Assembly: GCA_002450905.1 (NCBI GenBank)
Contig: DKAT01000049.1
Location: 11,554 to 75,553 of the forward strand
Origin: Spirochaetia bacterium UBA6919
GTDB taxonomy: Bacteria; Spirochaetota; UBA6919
Direction of reading: 5' to 3'
DNA length: 64,000 bases
Positions within the stretch are counted from its first letter, which is position 1; each line of letters begins with the position of its first letter. Shown piece after piece: positions 38,596-49,192 of the stretch. The notes beneath the pieces are model-generated. The model saw only the letters and a list, made by a program, of their open reading frames with translations, did no database searches and had not been told where the DNA came from. The position numbers and the translations under genes are program-made.

Positions 38596-39366
38596 ATGTG
38601 GGCTGAATTTATCGTAGGGCAATTCCAACTGGGACTACTAATTGTGATGAGATTATTTGGAATGATCGTTGTTGCACCCTTCTTTTCAAGTGTGTTAATT
38701 CCTATGAGAATCAAAGCTGTCCTTGCTGTGGGGATAACAATCGTTATTTTCCCAATTCTATCCAAACAAATGAATGTTGAAATACCAGATAATTTAATTG
38801 ACTATGTAATTTTAGTTGCGAATGAAGTCATAATTGGTGTATCCCTTGGGCTTGTCATTGCTGTGATATTTGGATTATTTCAGTTAGCAGGTCAATTTTT
38901 TAGTATCCAAATGGGATTTGGTATTAGTGAAGTATTTGATCCTCTTTCTCAAATCCATGTTCCGCTTGTGGGACAATTTTTAACCCTGTTAGGAACAATG
39001 ATTTTTTTACACTTACAGGGACATGTCCTTCTAATAGAAGGGGTCTATGAAAGTTTTTATAAAATTCCTGTACTGGATCTGGTAAAGTCATCAAAACCAC
39101 TATCTCAATTATTAATCACTGTATTTAGTGATATGTTTACTGTAGCATTGAAAATCAGTTTACCTATTATTGGAACTTTATTTATCGTTACTCTGGGTAT
39201 GGGTTTATTGGCTAAATTTGCTCCCCAGATGAATATACTAATGCTTGGATTCCCTATTTATATTACTGTGGGATTTGTTATGATCGTAATATTATTACCC
39301 TATATAGTTGAAAATGGGAAAGCTGTGATGGACATTTATTTTAAGAAAATATTTCAATTATTTTAA
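38596..39366 (+). CDS. fliR: Flagellar export apparatus protein FliR
   Basis: 256 aa, about 6 TM segments, FliR/YscT-like, located between fliQ and flhB. Confidence 0.85.
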   Translation: MWAEFIVGQFQLGLLIVMRLFGMIVVAPFFSSVLIPMRIKAVLAVGITIVIFPILSKQMNVEIPDNLIDYVILVANEVIIGVSLGLVIAVIFGLFQLAGQFFSIQMGFGISEVFDPLSQIHVPLVGQFLTLLGTMIFLHLQGHVLLIEGVYESFYKIPVLDLVKSSKPLSQLLITVFSDMFTVALKISLPIIGTLFIVTLGMGLLAKFAPQMNILMLGFPIYITVGFVMIVILLPYIVENGKAVMDIYFKKIFQLF

Positions 39367-39375
39367 TAGAGAAAT

Positions 39376-40545
39376 ATGTTAAATAAAGAAGAATTATATT
39401 CTAATTTAATATCATGTAAAGATCAATATATAGATAATGATATTCATTATTCTATTGATCTTCAATTATTCGCAAAACCCGAAGACGAGGGGCGTACTGA
39501 AGAGCCGACTCAATACAAAATTAGAAAAGCTCGTGAAGAGGGTAAGGTTGCTCGATCTCAGGAAATGATTTCAGCCGTGGTACTTCTGGGATCTTTTATC
39601 GCACTGTGGTTACTCGGTGATTATCTGATGGATAAAATGAAAAAAATATTCCAATCATCTATTATTAACATGGATATGCCATTTACAGAAGGGAATTTAA
39701 ATTATTATGTTTCCAATTCTATATGGAGTTTAGTTGAGCTTTCCGCACCTATATTTCTTGTATCGATTGTCCTGGCATTTTTAGTCAATGTTGTACAGGT
39801 AGGATTCCAATTCACCCCAAAGAGTATGAAATTCGAGTGGAAGAAAATTAGTTTCACTGCCAATAAGATGTTTTCAAAAATCTTTTTTTCTAAACAGACT
39901 GCAATGAATCTTGTAAAATCTATTTTAAAAGTTGGGGTAGTTCTTGCTGTGACCTATGTTATATTACAGTGGAAGCAGTATACTATCATTAGTACAATAA
40001 ATATGGATGTAGCAAAATCTTTTGCCACACACTCTGAAATTGCATTTTATATCGCCGTTGTAAGTTGTATAATATTCTTAGTATTAAGTATCCCTGATTA
40101 TTTCTTCCAAAAAATAGAGCACTTAGAAACATTAAAGATGTCCCGTCATGAAATTAAAGAAGAACGGAAAGATACAGAAGGGGATCCCCATATAAAACAG
40201 AGATTAAAAGAGCGTCAGCGGGAAATACTCACCCGCAGAATGATGGATGAAATCCCTAAAGCAGATGTCGTAATCACAAACCCTACCCACTATGCTGTGG
40301 CTATAAAATATGATTCAGACAAAATGGCGGTTCCTATGGTAGTCGCTAAGGGCCGGGATTACATTGCTTTAAAAATAAAAGAAATCGCTAAAGAAAATGA
40401 TATCTATATTATAGAAAATAAGCCCTTGGCTCAGAGCTTGTTTGCTAGTGTTGAAGTAGGGGAAGAGATTCCTGAAGATTTCTATCAGGCTATAGCTGAA
40501 GTATTAGCATTTGTAATCAGAGCCCGTGAAGCAATTAAGGTATAA
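39376..40545 (+). CDS. flhB: Flagellar export switch protein FlhB
   Basis: N-terminal EEPTQYKIRKAREEGKVARSQE, four TM segments, and the autocleavage motif NPTHYAVAI in the C-terminal domain. Confidence 0.92.
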   Translation: MLNKEELYSNLISCKDQYIDNDIHYSIDLQLFAKPEDEGRTEEPTQYKIRKAREEGKVARSQEMISAVVLLGSFIALWLLGDYLMDKMKKIFQSSIINMDMPFTEGNLNYYVSNSIWSLVELSAPIFLVSIVLAFLVNVVQVGFQFTPKSMKFEWKKISFTANKMFSKIFFSKQTAMNLVKSILKVGVVLAVTYVILQWKQYTIISTINMDVAKSFATHSEIAFYIAVVSCIIFLVLSIPDYFFQKIEHLETLKMSRHEIKEERKDTEGDPHIKQRLKERQREILTRRMMDEIPKADVVITNPTHYAVAIKYDSDKMAVPMVVAKGRDYIALKIKEIAKENDIYIIENKPLAQSLFASVEVGEEIPEDFYQAIAEVLAFVIRAREAIKV

Positions 40546-40726
40546 TGAATTTATAAACTAATATCATTAAAAATAATATAATGACGTTACCTCGAAGGGA
40601 TATGAATAAAAAATCCTTTTGAACAAATATTGACATGAGATCATTTAATATTAAAAAATACTATTTAAAATAAGTGATTTTTCGAATAATAAATAAGGCC
40701 TGATAAAATTTCGAGGGGAAACAGAT

Positions 40727-42805
40727 ATGACAACTGCTCAAGAACAAAATAATCCTATTGTTCGCAGGTGGATGCAATACAGTGATATTCTAATAGCTAT
40801 TGGTATAGTTACTATTATTGGAATGTTAATCATTCCGATTCCCGCTGTGATCCTTGATATTTCGATTTCAATCAATCTTGCAATCAGTCTGGGTGTACTT
40901 CTTATTGTAATGTATGTCAAAAAGGGTTCTGAATTATCTATCTTCCCGACATTACTCCTCATCACAACAATATTTCGTCTGGCTATTAACATCTCTTCAA
41001 CACGACTTATTCTATTAGAAGGAAAACAATTTGATGGAAAAATTATCAGGGCTTTTGGAGATTTCGTTGTACAAAATAATTATGTAGTCGGTGCAATCAT
41101 CTTCCTTATCTTGGTTGCTGTCCAATTTATTGTTATTATAAAAGGTGCCACAAGAGTTTCAGAAGTAGCAGCTCGTTTCACATTGGATGCGATGCCTGGT
41201 AAACAAATGGCTGTGGATGCTGATTTAAATAATGGTTTGATTACTGAAGAAGAGGCTATCAAGCGTAGAAAAGAAATCCGGGAAGAAGTCGATTTTTATG
41301 GAGCTATGGATGGTGCGAGTAAGTTTGTTCAAGGTGACGTTCGTGTTGGATTATTAATTACCCTGATTAATATTGTAGGTGGACTTATTGTGGGTACTAC
41401 CATGCAAAATATGTCCTTAGGTGATGCATTCAAGGAGTTTTTCTTACTAACCGTTGGAGATGGTCTGTCAGCACAAATACCATCTCTTTTGATATCAACT
41501 GCTACTGGTATTATTGTAACCCGATCAGTATCTGAAAATAGTCTGGGTAAAGATATTGCAAAACAAATGAACCTCAAACCCAAGGCTATAATAATAACTG
41601 GAGCTTTCCTCCTATTCCTGGCGATTCTTCCAGGATTCCCTAAAATTCCCCTAATTGTTATTGGTGCAAGTATTTTAGCCTACGGTATATATCTGTATCG
41701 ATATATGGAAGCGGAAGAAAAAAGAGATCAGGAGAAGCATCGTAAGGCTGAACATCCAACGGGTCCTGAAAATGTCGTAAATCTTATCAATGTCGAACCC
41801 ATTGAAATTGAAATTGGCTTTAATCTTGTCCCCTTTGTAGACGCAGAACAAGGTGGAGATCTTTTAGATAGAGTTAAGCTCATAAGGAAAACCTGTGCTC
41901 TTGATCTGGGATTATTAGTACCACCCATCCGCATCAGAGATAATATGAAACTGAGACCCAGTGATTATACAATTAAAATAAAAGGTGTTGAGGTTGGCAA
42001 GGGTAGTCTGAGGGTTAAGAAATTATTAGCTATTCCATCTCTAGGTATTTCAGGAGAAATTGAAGGTGAAGATACTATAGAACCCGCATTTAAAACAAAA
42101 GCAAAATGGATTAATGAGGAAGATAGAGAGAAAGCAGAAAGTGTAGGTTATAGTGTTGTTGATCCCCCATCTATCATAGCTACACATCTTACTGAAGCTA
42201 TAAAACGAAACTCAGGCGATATTTTAGGTAGACAGGAAGTAAAACAACTCTTGGACAGCGTCAAAGAAAATTATCCTGCAGTTGTAGATGAGGCTCTCAA
42301 AGCAACAAACCTCGGTACTGTTCAAAAAGTGCTCCAGAGTCTGTTGAAAGAACAAGTATCGATCCGAAATATGGTTACAATTTTAGAGGTTATTGCTGAT
42401 TATGGGGATAGAATCACAAATATAGATACTCTCTCAAGTTATGTGAGACAACATCTTGCAAAACAAATCTCTCATCAATATATGGATGAGAATGATGTTC
42501 TCAGAGCATTTACTTTGGATCCTGAATTAGAAAAGGTTTTTGAGGATTCTATGCAGGAAACAGACCAGGGATTTGTTTCTACTCTGGATATTAATGCTAT
42601 CAATAAGTTTATAAATAGAGTCAGTGAAGATATGACTAGAGTTTCTGAAATGGGATATCAAATGATAGTTCTTTGTTCTTCCCCATCACGGATTCTTGTT
42701 AAAAATATTACTGAAAGAAATTTACCTAGCCTGGTTGCCCTCTCCTATAATGAAATTATCCCACAGGCTAAGGTTGAACAACTAGGTATGATAACGATTG
42801 AATAA
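40727..42805 (+). CDS. flhA: Flagellar export gate protein FlhA
   Basis: 692 aa with 8 N-terminal TM segments including the conserved FHIPG-region equivalents, the linker, and a large cytoplasmic FlhA_C domain. Confidence 0.95.
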   Translation: MTTAQEQNNPIVRRWMQYSDILIAIGIVTIIGMLIIPIPAVILDISISINLAISLGVLLIVMYVKKGSELSIFPTLLLITTIFRLAINISSTRLILLEGKQFDGKIIRAFGDFVVQNNYVVGAIIFLILVAVQFIVIIKGATRVSEVAARFTLDAMPGKQMAVDADLNNGLITEEEAIKRRKEIREEVDFYGAMDGASKFVQGDVRVGLLITLINIVGGLIVGTTMQNMSLGDAFKEFFLLTVGDGLSAQIPSLLISTATGIIVTRSVSENSLGKDIAKQMNLKPKAIIITGAFLLFLAILPGFPKIPLIVIGASILAYGIYLYRYMEAEEKRDQEKHRKAEHPTGPENVVNLINVEPIEIEIGFNLVPFVDAEQGGDLLDRVKLIRKTCALDLGLLVPPIRIRDNMKLRPSDYTIKIKGVEVGKGSLRVKKLLAIPSLGISGEIEGEDTIEPAFKTKAKWINEEDREKAESVGYSVVDPPSIIATHLTEAIKRNSGDILGRQEVKQLLDSVKENYPAVVDEALKATNLGTVQKVLQSLLKEQVSIRNMVTILEVIADYGDRITNIDTLSSYVRQHLAKQISHQYMDENDVLRAFTLDPELEKVFEDSMQETDQGFVSTLDINAINKFINRVSEDMTRVSEMGYQMIVLCSSPSRILVKNITERNLPSLVALSYNEIIPQAKVEQLGMITIE

Positions 42806-42819
42806 TTTGAGGTATATGT

Positions 42820-44067
42820 ATGCTTTACAGAAAATATAAGGCGAAAACTTTCCAGGAAGCCAAATTGAAAATGTTATTAGATATTGGAAATCGTGGATAT
42901 ATTGTATCACAAAAGAAAATTAAAGAAGGTGGTTTCTTTGGATTGTTTGGTAAGCCAATGATAGAACTGACTGCTGGCATAATGGAGCCTCTGCCTGAAA
43001 AAAATCCTCTCCCAAACCCAGATCCCCTCTATGTAAACAGAATGGATCCAGATTTATCCGTGAAATCTAAAAATAACAGACCAAAAAGTCAAATGGAGCA
43101 ACTAATCCAGGTTAAGGGAAGGGTACCTGAAGAGGACGACAATCAATCTCTCCGCACTGAACTGGATGAAATCAAATCGCTTATTAGTAAAATCATTTCT
43201 GATAAAACAACTTCACTAGAACAGAAAGAAAATATCCAATCCCGTTTTAATCAGTTCCAACAACATGAAATTGAAGAAATTAAAAAAACAAAAGACCTCC
43301 TGAAAATGTTTTTAAAGGAAGAAGACTTCAATGAGAGTTTTATAGAAACCCTCTGTTCCTTGTCCAGTGTAGAAATGATCCTTGCTAAAGAAAAAGATAT
43401 TAGTCATTTAAAAGATCGAATTAAAAATCAGATTTCCGAAATTATTCACACATCGAATGGTATTGAAATTGAAAATAATTCACAAAATATCATTGTTCTT
43501 GTAGGCCCTACAGGTGTGGGGAAAACTACTTCTCTAGCTAAATTAGGTGCATATTTTGGTGTTTTCCAGAAAAAAAAGGTAAAATTAATTTCCATTGATA
43601 CTTATCGTGTAGGAGCTATACAACAATTAAAGTTATATGCTGATATAATGGAAATTCCCTTCGCTAAAGTTAATAATGTTGAAGAGTTAAAAATGGAACT
43701 CCACGATAAATCGTTTGATATTATTCTAATCGATACCACTGGACGAAGCCAAAAAAATCTGGACGAAATCAGAGACATCAAAAAATATTTGGACGTCATT
43801 AACGGTAAATCATTCATATCTTTAGTAATCAGCGCCACAACAAAGTATAAAGATCTGGTTGAAATTCTTGATAAATTTGATATACTTAATTATAATAATA
43901 TAATTGTTACTAAATTAGATGAAACCAATAGTCTTGGACAGGTGATTAGTGCGATTTCTCCTAAAAATCGTACGCTATCCTATGTCACATTTGGACAAAG
44001 TGTCCCAGAAGATATCGAAGAAGCGACAAAAGATAAATTAATGAATATGGTTCTAAAAGCAAAATAG
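42820..44067 (+). CDS. flhF: Flagellar placement SRP-like GTPase FlhF
   Basis: SRP-GTPase G domain: GPTGVGKTTSLAKL (G1), DTTGRS (G3), TKLDET (G4-like). Confidence 0.85.
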   Translation: MLYRKYKAKTFQEAKLKMLLDIGNRGYIVSQKKIKEGGFFGLFGKPMIELTAGIMEPLPEKNPLPNPDPLYVNRMDPDLSVKSKNNRPKSQMEQLIQVKGRVPEEDDNQSLRTELDEIKSLISKIISDKTTSLEQKENIQSRFNQFQQHEIEEIKKTKDLLKMFLKEEDFNESFIETLCSLSSVEMILAKEKDISHLKDRIKNQISEIIHTSNGIEIENNSQNIIVLVGPTGVGKTTSLAKLGAYFGVFQKKKVKLISIDTYRVGAIQQLKLYADIMEIPFAKVNNVEELKMELHDKSFDIILIDTTGRSQKNLDEIRDIKKYLDVINGKSFISLVISATTKYKDLVEILDKFDILNYNNIIVTKLDETNSLGQVISAISPKNRTLSYVTFGQSVPEDIEEATKDKLMNMVLKAK

Positions 44068-44075
44068 GAATTTAT

Positions 44076-44978
44076 ATGGATCAAGCTGAAACTCTTTTAA
44101 AAATTATGAAGGAAAAACAATCCAAGGGGACAACAAAATCCCATGCTGGACCAAGAATTATTACAATATCCAGTGGGAAAGGTGGGGTTGGAAAGACAAA
44201 TGTCTCAACAAATCTTGCAATCAATATGGCTAAGTTAGGTAAAGAAGTAGTAGTTATGGATGCTGATTTAGGTCTGGCAAATGTAAATGTAATGCTTGGT
44301 ATAATCCCAAAATATAATCTATACAATGTTTTAAAGGGACAGAAAACCATTAGTGAAGTCATTACTGACACTCCTGAAGGTATTAAAATCATAGCTGGAG
44401 CCTCTGGTTTCAGTCAACTCGCTGATCTTAATCATGAACAAAAAGCAAATTTTGTTAGAGATATAGAAAAATTAGATTCTGTTGATGTGGTGTTTATAGA
44501 TACAGGGGCAGGTATATCAGATAACGTTTTAAGTTTCGTAGTAGCAGCTGATGAGGTCATTATTGTTACAACTCCAGAACCCACAGCAATTACTGATGCT
44601 TATGGTATTATCAAAACTATTGCTTCTAAAAAAATAGAATCAAATATAAAGCTGATTGTCAATAGAGTCCAAAGTGAGAATGAAGCAAATAAAGTTGCTG
44701 AGAGAGTAATTAACATTGCAAATCAGTTTCTTGGTGTCAAAGTAGAAAATCTTGGATTTATTTACGAGGATTCAATAGTTTCAAAATCTGTTATTAAGCA
44801 AAGACCATTCTTTGAAGTGGATCCAAAGTCAAAGGCATCTCTATGTATTACTGATATTTGTCTCCGTCTCGAACAGCTAGATGTCCCTCATCAGAGAAAA
44901 AAAGGTTTAGCAGGATTTTTTAGTAGTTTTCTTAATTATTACAAAGAAAAAAAACACAATGAGTTAGAGTATGAGTGA
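44076..44978 (+). CDS. flhG: MinD/ParA-family ATPase FlhG (YlxH/FleN)
   Basis: Deviant Walker A SGKGGVGKT, and position directly after flhF. Confidence 0.85.
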   Translation: MDQAETLLKIMKEKQSKGTTKSHAGPRIITISSGKGGVGKTNVSTNLAINMAKLGKEVVVMDADLGLANVNVMLGIIPKYNLYNVLKGQKTISEVITDTPEGIKIIAGASGFSQLADLNHEQKANFVRDIEKLDSVDVVFIDTGAGISDNVLSFVVAADEVIIVTTPEPTAITDAYGIIKTIASKKIESNIKLIVNRVQSENEANKVAERVINIANQFLGVKVENLGFIYEDSIVSKSVIKQRPFFEVDPKSKASLCITDICLRLEQLDVPHQRKKGLAGFFSSFLNYYKEKKHNELEYE

Positions 44979-45534
44979 TAAAAATGAGTTTGAATTAAAA
45001 AATGAGCCTGAGTTCACAGAAGAAGATTTTTTAAAAAATTCTCAAGAGAATATTGCAGATGAAAATAAAGTTGATGAAGCTGAAATTCCGAAGAATTCAA
45101 TAAAGGAGTATTTCCAAAAAAATCCATTTTCCGTAAAAATTGCTGTCTTTCTAGCTGGAATTGCTGTTGTTTTGGTGCTTATTGTCGGTATAATTAGTGG
45201 AATAAGTTTTTTTTGGACAATCATCTGGAGAATGTTCTTATATGGTGTTATTTTTGCAGGTATGGGTTATGCGATAGGAATTATTCTTGAAAAATATGTC
45301 CCGGAGCTTTTTAATATGGAACAAAATCAAGAAGATGAACTAGGTGAACACGTTGATTATACTACTGAAGATGATCTCAATAATATTTCAGAAAATGATC
45401 TATCGGATGACTTCTATCAGGGATCAAATCCTAAACAGGATAAGTTGACAAAGTTGTCCAAGGAGTATGCTATCCCAAATGATCCTAAAATATTAGCTGA
45501 TGCTATCAGGACGAAATTATATGAGGATAAATAA
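44971..45534 (+). CDS. Small membrane protein of unknown function (two TM, acidic termini), between flhG and fliA
   Basis: Two hydrophobic segments (IAVFLAGIAVVLVLIVGII, FLYGVIFAGMGYAIGIIL) flanked by D/E-rich regions. Overlaps the flhG stop by 8 nt. Confidence 0.45.
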   Translation: MSDKNEFELKNEPEFTEEDFLKNSQENIADENKVDEAEIPKNSIKEYFQKNPFSVKIAVFLAGIAVVLVLIVGIISGISFFWTIIWRMFLYGVIFAGMGYAIGIILEKYVPELFNMEQNQEDELGEHVDYTTEDDLNNISENDLSDDFYQGSNPKQDKLTKLSKEYAIPNDPKILADAIRTKLYEDK

Positions 45535-45704
45535 TTCGATATGTTAAATCATTGGATAAAAAACAAATGTCCATATAAAAATTATATATTATTTATTTAC
45601 CTTATTATTAATAAAATATATTATCATAATACTAGTTTAAAAATAAATTATTTAAATCAAACTTTAAAATATAAACGATTTTTATTAGATTTAAGGGGGA
45701 GAAA

Positions 45705-46481
45705 GTGTTAGATAAATCTGAAGATGAATTATGGGATGATTATAAAAAAACAAAAGATCCTCTAATTAGAGAGGCATTTATTGTTCAGTATGCTCCATTG
45801 GTAAAATATGTTGCGGGTAAAATTGCTATGGGTATGCCACAGAATATAGAATTCGATGACCTTGTTGGATATGGTATTTTTGGTTTGCTGGATGCTATTG
45901 AAAAGTTTGACCCATCTCGGGAAATTAAGTTCAAAACTTATGCCGTGACAAGAATACGGGGAGCTATTTATGATGAATTAAGGTCCATTGACTGGGTCCC
46001 AAGATCCATTCGTCAGAAGGCAAAAGAAATTGAAACCATTGTTGGTACCCTGGAAAATAAACTTGGAAGAGCTGTTACAGATGAAGAAATCGCCAAGGAG
46101 TTGGGTATCCAGGTGGATGATTTCCATCAAACTTTGCTAAAAATCTGCGGGACATCTCTTATATCCATTAATGATGCTTGGTATCTGGGGGATGACACGG
46201 ATAAAGTATCGATAATAGAAACCATTGAAAGCCCCAATTCTTTAAATCCAGATATCATGGTCGAAAAAGAAGAAGTTAAAAAAATGATAGTTAAAATTAT
46301 AGAGGATTTACCAGAAAAAGAAAAAAAAGTCCTAATCCTATATTATTATGAAGATCTTACTTTAAAAGAAATCGGAGAAATATTAAATGTAACAGAATCA
46401 AGAGTTTCTCAATTACACACTAAAGCTATTATACGACTGAGAAGTAAACTTAATCACATTAAAACGAGTCTGTTAGTATAA
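45705..46481 (+). CDS. fliA: Flagellar sigma factor sigma-28 (FliA/SigD/WhiG family)
   Basis: GTG start with an AAGGGGGAG ribosome-binding site. Sigma-70 region 2 ([21 protein letters not shown]...[17 protein letters not shown]) and region 4 HTH ([29 protein letters not shown]), with no region 1. Confidence 0.85.
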   Translation: MLDKSEDELWDDYKKTKDPLIREAFIVQYAPLVKYVAGKIAMGMPQNIEFDDLVGYGIFGLLDAIEKFDPSREIKFKTYAVTRIRGAIYDELRSIDWVPRSIRQKAKEIETIVGTLENKLGRAVTDEEIAKELGIQVDDFHQTLLKICGTSLISINDAWYLGDDTDKVSIIETIESPNSLNPDIMVEKEEVKKMIVKIIEDLPEKEKKVLILYYYEDLTLKEIGEILNVTESRVSQLHTKAIIRLRSKLNHIKTSLLV

Positions 46482-46496
46482 TTATGGGGAATATCT

Positions 46497-48485
46497 ATGG
46501 CATCCATAAGTGATTTAAAAAATCAATTATCATCCAAAGTTACAAATGAAAATACAAATGTTGAACAAATGGATAATTCAGCTGAATTTATCGCTGATTC
46601 TATTGATCAGGCTATGGATGATGCTTGTATACATTTTAGAACAAGCCGTATTAATCTAGATTATGAAGTTGTTCAAAAAGCTCGTAATGGCATTTTAGGT
46701 ATTGGTAAACGACCATTTAAAGTTATCATTTGGCGGGTTGGAAGTATTAGCCAGACAAGTAATTCAATGATGTTTGATACTAAAATTGATTCAGGATTTG
46801 CTAACCTTGACACAGCCTCTGGAGAGACAATAGAAGACGATGGCTCACCAGTAAATGGCGTTGCTAAAGTGATCATTCGTAAAAGTGGTGTATTTTTAAA
46901 AGTTACTCCCCCAAAAAATAATGGGAAACCAGCAAGTCTTGATGATGTACAACTAGCTCTTGCAAGTAGAAATATCAAAAATTATCGTGTTAATGAAATA
47001 AAAAATATTACAAAAGACTCAACGGGTGAGGAAGTTAGAATAGCTGATTGGCACCCAAATCCTGATTATGATTCAAAAGCAAGTCTGGAAATATCTCCAG
47101 ATCAAATGAAGGCATATCTTACAGTCACAGCACCCATCCTCACTGGACGGCTTTTGGAAGCGGATGAAATATTAGATCTCTTAAAAGTCGAAGGGGTCGT
47201 TTATGGAATCATGGATGATAAAATCCAAAGTGTCTTTGAAAAAGAATTATTTAATGTTCCAGTACTGGTTGCTGAAGGAAAATCACCGCAACAGGGTACT
47301 AATGCAAAAAATGAATTTAAATTTAGTATTGACCATAGTGACTTTAAATTCGAAGAAGATGAATCTGGAAAGGTTGATTACAAAACATTAGATCTTGTAC
47401 AAAATGTCGTAGCTGGACAGGTTCTAGCAGTAAAAACCCCGGCAACTCTTGGTATTCCAGGTCGCACAATCACAAATAATAGAATAGATGCAAAAAACGG
47501 TGAAGATGTTTCTTTTGAAGCAGGGAAAAATACTATTCTCTCAGAAAATGGACTTGAAATTATTGCTCAAATCGCTGGTAGAGCTGTATTGTTAGCAGGT
47601 GTTATCTCAGTTGATCCTATTTATGAAATTAAAGGTGATGTTGATTTGAATACTGGAAATATCATATTTTTAGGTACTGTAGTTATTAAAGGAAGTATAC
47701 TTGATGGTTTCTCAGTTAAAGCAGCTGGAAATATAGAAGTACGTGGAAATATCGGCAAAGCGGAAGTGGAATCCGATAATGAGATTATTGTAGGACAAGG
47801 TATTTTAGGAAAAAATGCAGGGCTTATTAAAGCGGGAACAAATCTTTACGCCAAATTCATAGAAAATGCTAATATCTCCGCTGGAAATGATGTAATTGTT
47901 AAGGAAGAAGTCCTTCATAGCTTTGTAGATGCTGGAAACCGTGTTATTTGTCATGGGAAGAAAGGATGGGTCGTAGGAGGAAGAGTCAGAGCTGGTTTTG
48001 AAATCAGTGCAAAAAGTCTTGGATCAACTGCATATTCAGATACTTATCTGGAAGCAGGAATTGACCCTAAATATAAAGAAAAACTCCTTAGATTAGAAGA
48101 GGAGCGAGAGATGAACGAAACACAGTTGAATAAAATTATCTCAAATATTGCTACCTTGCAACGTGCAAAAGAAGCTGGTAATTTATCTGAAGAAAAAGAA
48201 ATTATGTTAACAAGAATGGAACGTGCAAAAAAAGAATTTGAATTACAATATTCTGAAATACAAGAAGATATAGCTGAGTTACAACACTATCTAGATAATT
48301 TAGATAATAAAGGAAAGATTTCAGGTAAATTAAATGTCTTTCCAGGAGTAGATTTAACCATTAAAAATGCTAATTTTGTTGTTAAAAATGATTTCAAAGG
48401 TGTTACTTTTGTCAATGAAAATAATTTTATTAAACCTGTTCCCTATCAGCCTTTCAAAGGGGAAGAGGAACAAAATAGACGATAA
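46497..48485 (+). CDS. FapA-like (DUF342) flagellar-assembly-associated protein
   Basis: 662 aa with a central beta-solenoid-like tandem repeat region rich in G-N-(I/V) (GNIIFLGTVVIKGSILDGFSVKAAGNIEVRGNIGKAEVESDNEIIVGQGILG...) and a C-terminal coiled coil. This is the architecture of DUF342/FapA proteins often found next to fliA. Confidence 0.6.
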   Translation: MASISDLKNQLSSKVTNENTNVEQMDNSAEFIADSIDQAMDDACIHFRTSRINLDYEVVQKARNGILGIGKRPFKVIIWRVGSISQTSNSMMFDTKIDSGFANLDTASGETIEDDGSPVNGVAKVIIRKSGVFLKVTPPKNNGKPASLDDVQLALASRNIKNYRVNEIKNITKDSTGEEVRIADWHPNPDYDSKASLEISPDQMKAYLTVTAPILTGRLLEADEILDLLKVEGVVYGIMDDKIQSVFEKELFNVPVLVAEGKSPQQGTNAKNEFKFSIDHSDFKFEEDESGKVDYKTLDLVQNVVAGQVLAVKTPATLGIPGRTITNNRIDAKNGEDVSFEAGKNTILSENGLEIIAQIAGRAVLLAGVISVDPIYEIKGDVDLNTGNIIFLGTVVIKGSILDGFSVKAAGNIEVRGNIGKAEVESDNEIIVGQGILGKNAGLIKAGTNLYAKFIENANISAGNDVIVKEEVLHSFVDAGNRVICHGKKGWVVGGRVRAGFEISAKSLGSTAYSDTYLEAGIDPKYKEKLLRLEEEREMNETQLNKIISNIATLQRAKEAGNLSEEKEIMLTRMERAKKEFELQYSEIQEDIAELQHYLDNLDNKGKISGKLNVFPGVDLTIKNANFVVKNDFKGVTFVNENNFIKPVPYQPFKGEEEQNRR

Positions 48486-48505
48486 TCTATCAGGGAGGGG
48501 TTCAG

Positions 48506-49192
48506 TTGATCGATGTCTTATTATTTATCTTATTTGCAGTAAATTTTGCAATCACTATCACTTTGTATATACGTTTTCATAATAGCCAATCCGATGCTAG
48601 GATTGATGAAATCCGTAAAGAGATGTCTGAAATGATTGCTAAATTCAATAAAGATGCTGATAGAAATATCCAAATCTTAGAAGATACAATCCAGAAAACA
48701 AATGAATCTATTAGAAAATATGAAATTATCAAACTAAACGAAAAAAATATCAATCCCCCTGAACCAATCCCCAATGAAACCAATAAAATTATTCCTGTAA
48801 ATCATACACCCGCTCCTGAAAAGAAAAAAAAGCCATCTTTCATCATCAAAAAAGAAGATAATAATTCTGAACAAGTGACCAAACCCAAATTTAATGAATT
48901 CAACCCTGATCCAAAACCAAAATCATTCATCCAGCAAGCATATGGACAAGCTGATAATAAAAATAAACCTAAAAATCCTCCTGTTGAAGAAGAAATCATT
49001 AAACCCAAACCTGTTGATAAATTTATTAAAACTAAATTACCTGAAGACCTAGACGATAAAAACATCCATCACAAAATCGCAAGACTCATTGGAGAAGGAC
49101 ATTCCTTAGAAGAAATATCAAGGATTCTTGAAATGAGTCAGGGTGAGATTAAACTTCTGGCAACTCTCTTAAAAAAGAAATTAGTAGGCTAA
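48506..49192 (+). CDS. Membrane-anchored protein with a K/P-rich linker and a C-terminal HTH-like segment
   Basis: TTG start with a GGGAGGGG ribosome-binding site. N-terminal TM (VLLFILFAVNFAITITLYI). The C-terminus IARLIGEGHSLEEISRILEMSQGEIKLLATLLKKK resembles a sigma-70 region-4 / LuxR-type HTH. Confidence 0.4.
   Translation: MIDVLLFILFAVNFAITITLYIRFHNSQSDARIDEIRKEMSEMIAKFNKDADRNIQILEDTIQKTNESIRKYEIIKLNEKNINPPEPIPNETNKIIPVNHTPAPEKKKKPSFIIKKEDNNSEQVTKPKFNEFNPDPKPKSFIQQAYGQADNKNKPKNPPVEEEIIKPKPVDKFIKTKLPEDLDDKNIHHKIARLIGEGHSLEEISRILEMSQGEIKLLATLLKKKLVG

Noticed and set aside
41080-41934. Four minus-strand ORFs of 60-84 aa inside flhA
   Set aside because: Antisense to a 692-aa, clearly conserved FlhA reading frame. 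No ribosome-binding site, and the translations are not protein-like.
43570-43578. A9 homopolymer inside flhF (and similar A8-A9 runs in fliP at 37919-37927 and fliO at 36851-36858) as phase-variation switches
   Set aside because: All are currently in frame and encode Lys runs. In an AT-rich genome such tracts are expected by composition. Only the 19150 tract actually disrupts a reading frame.
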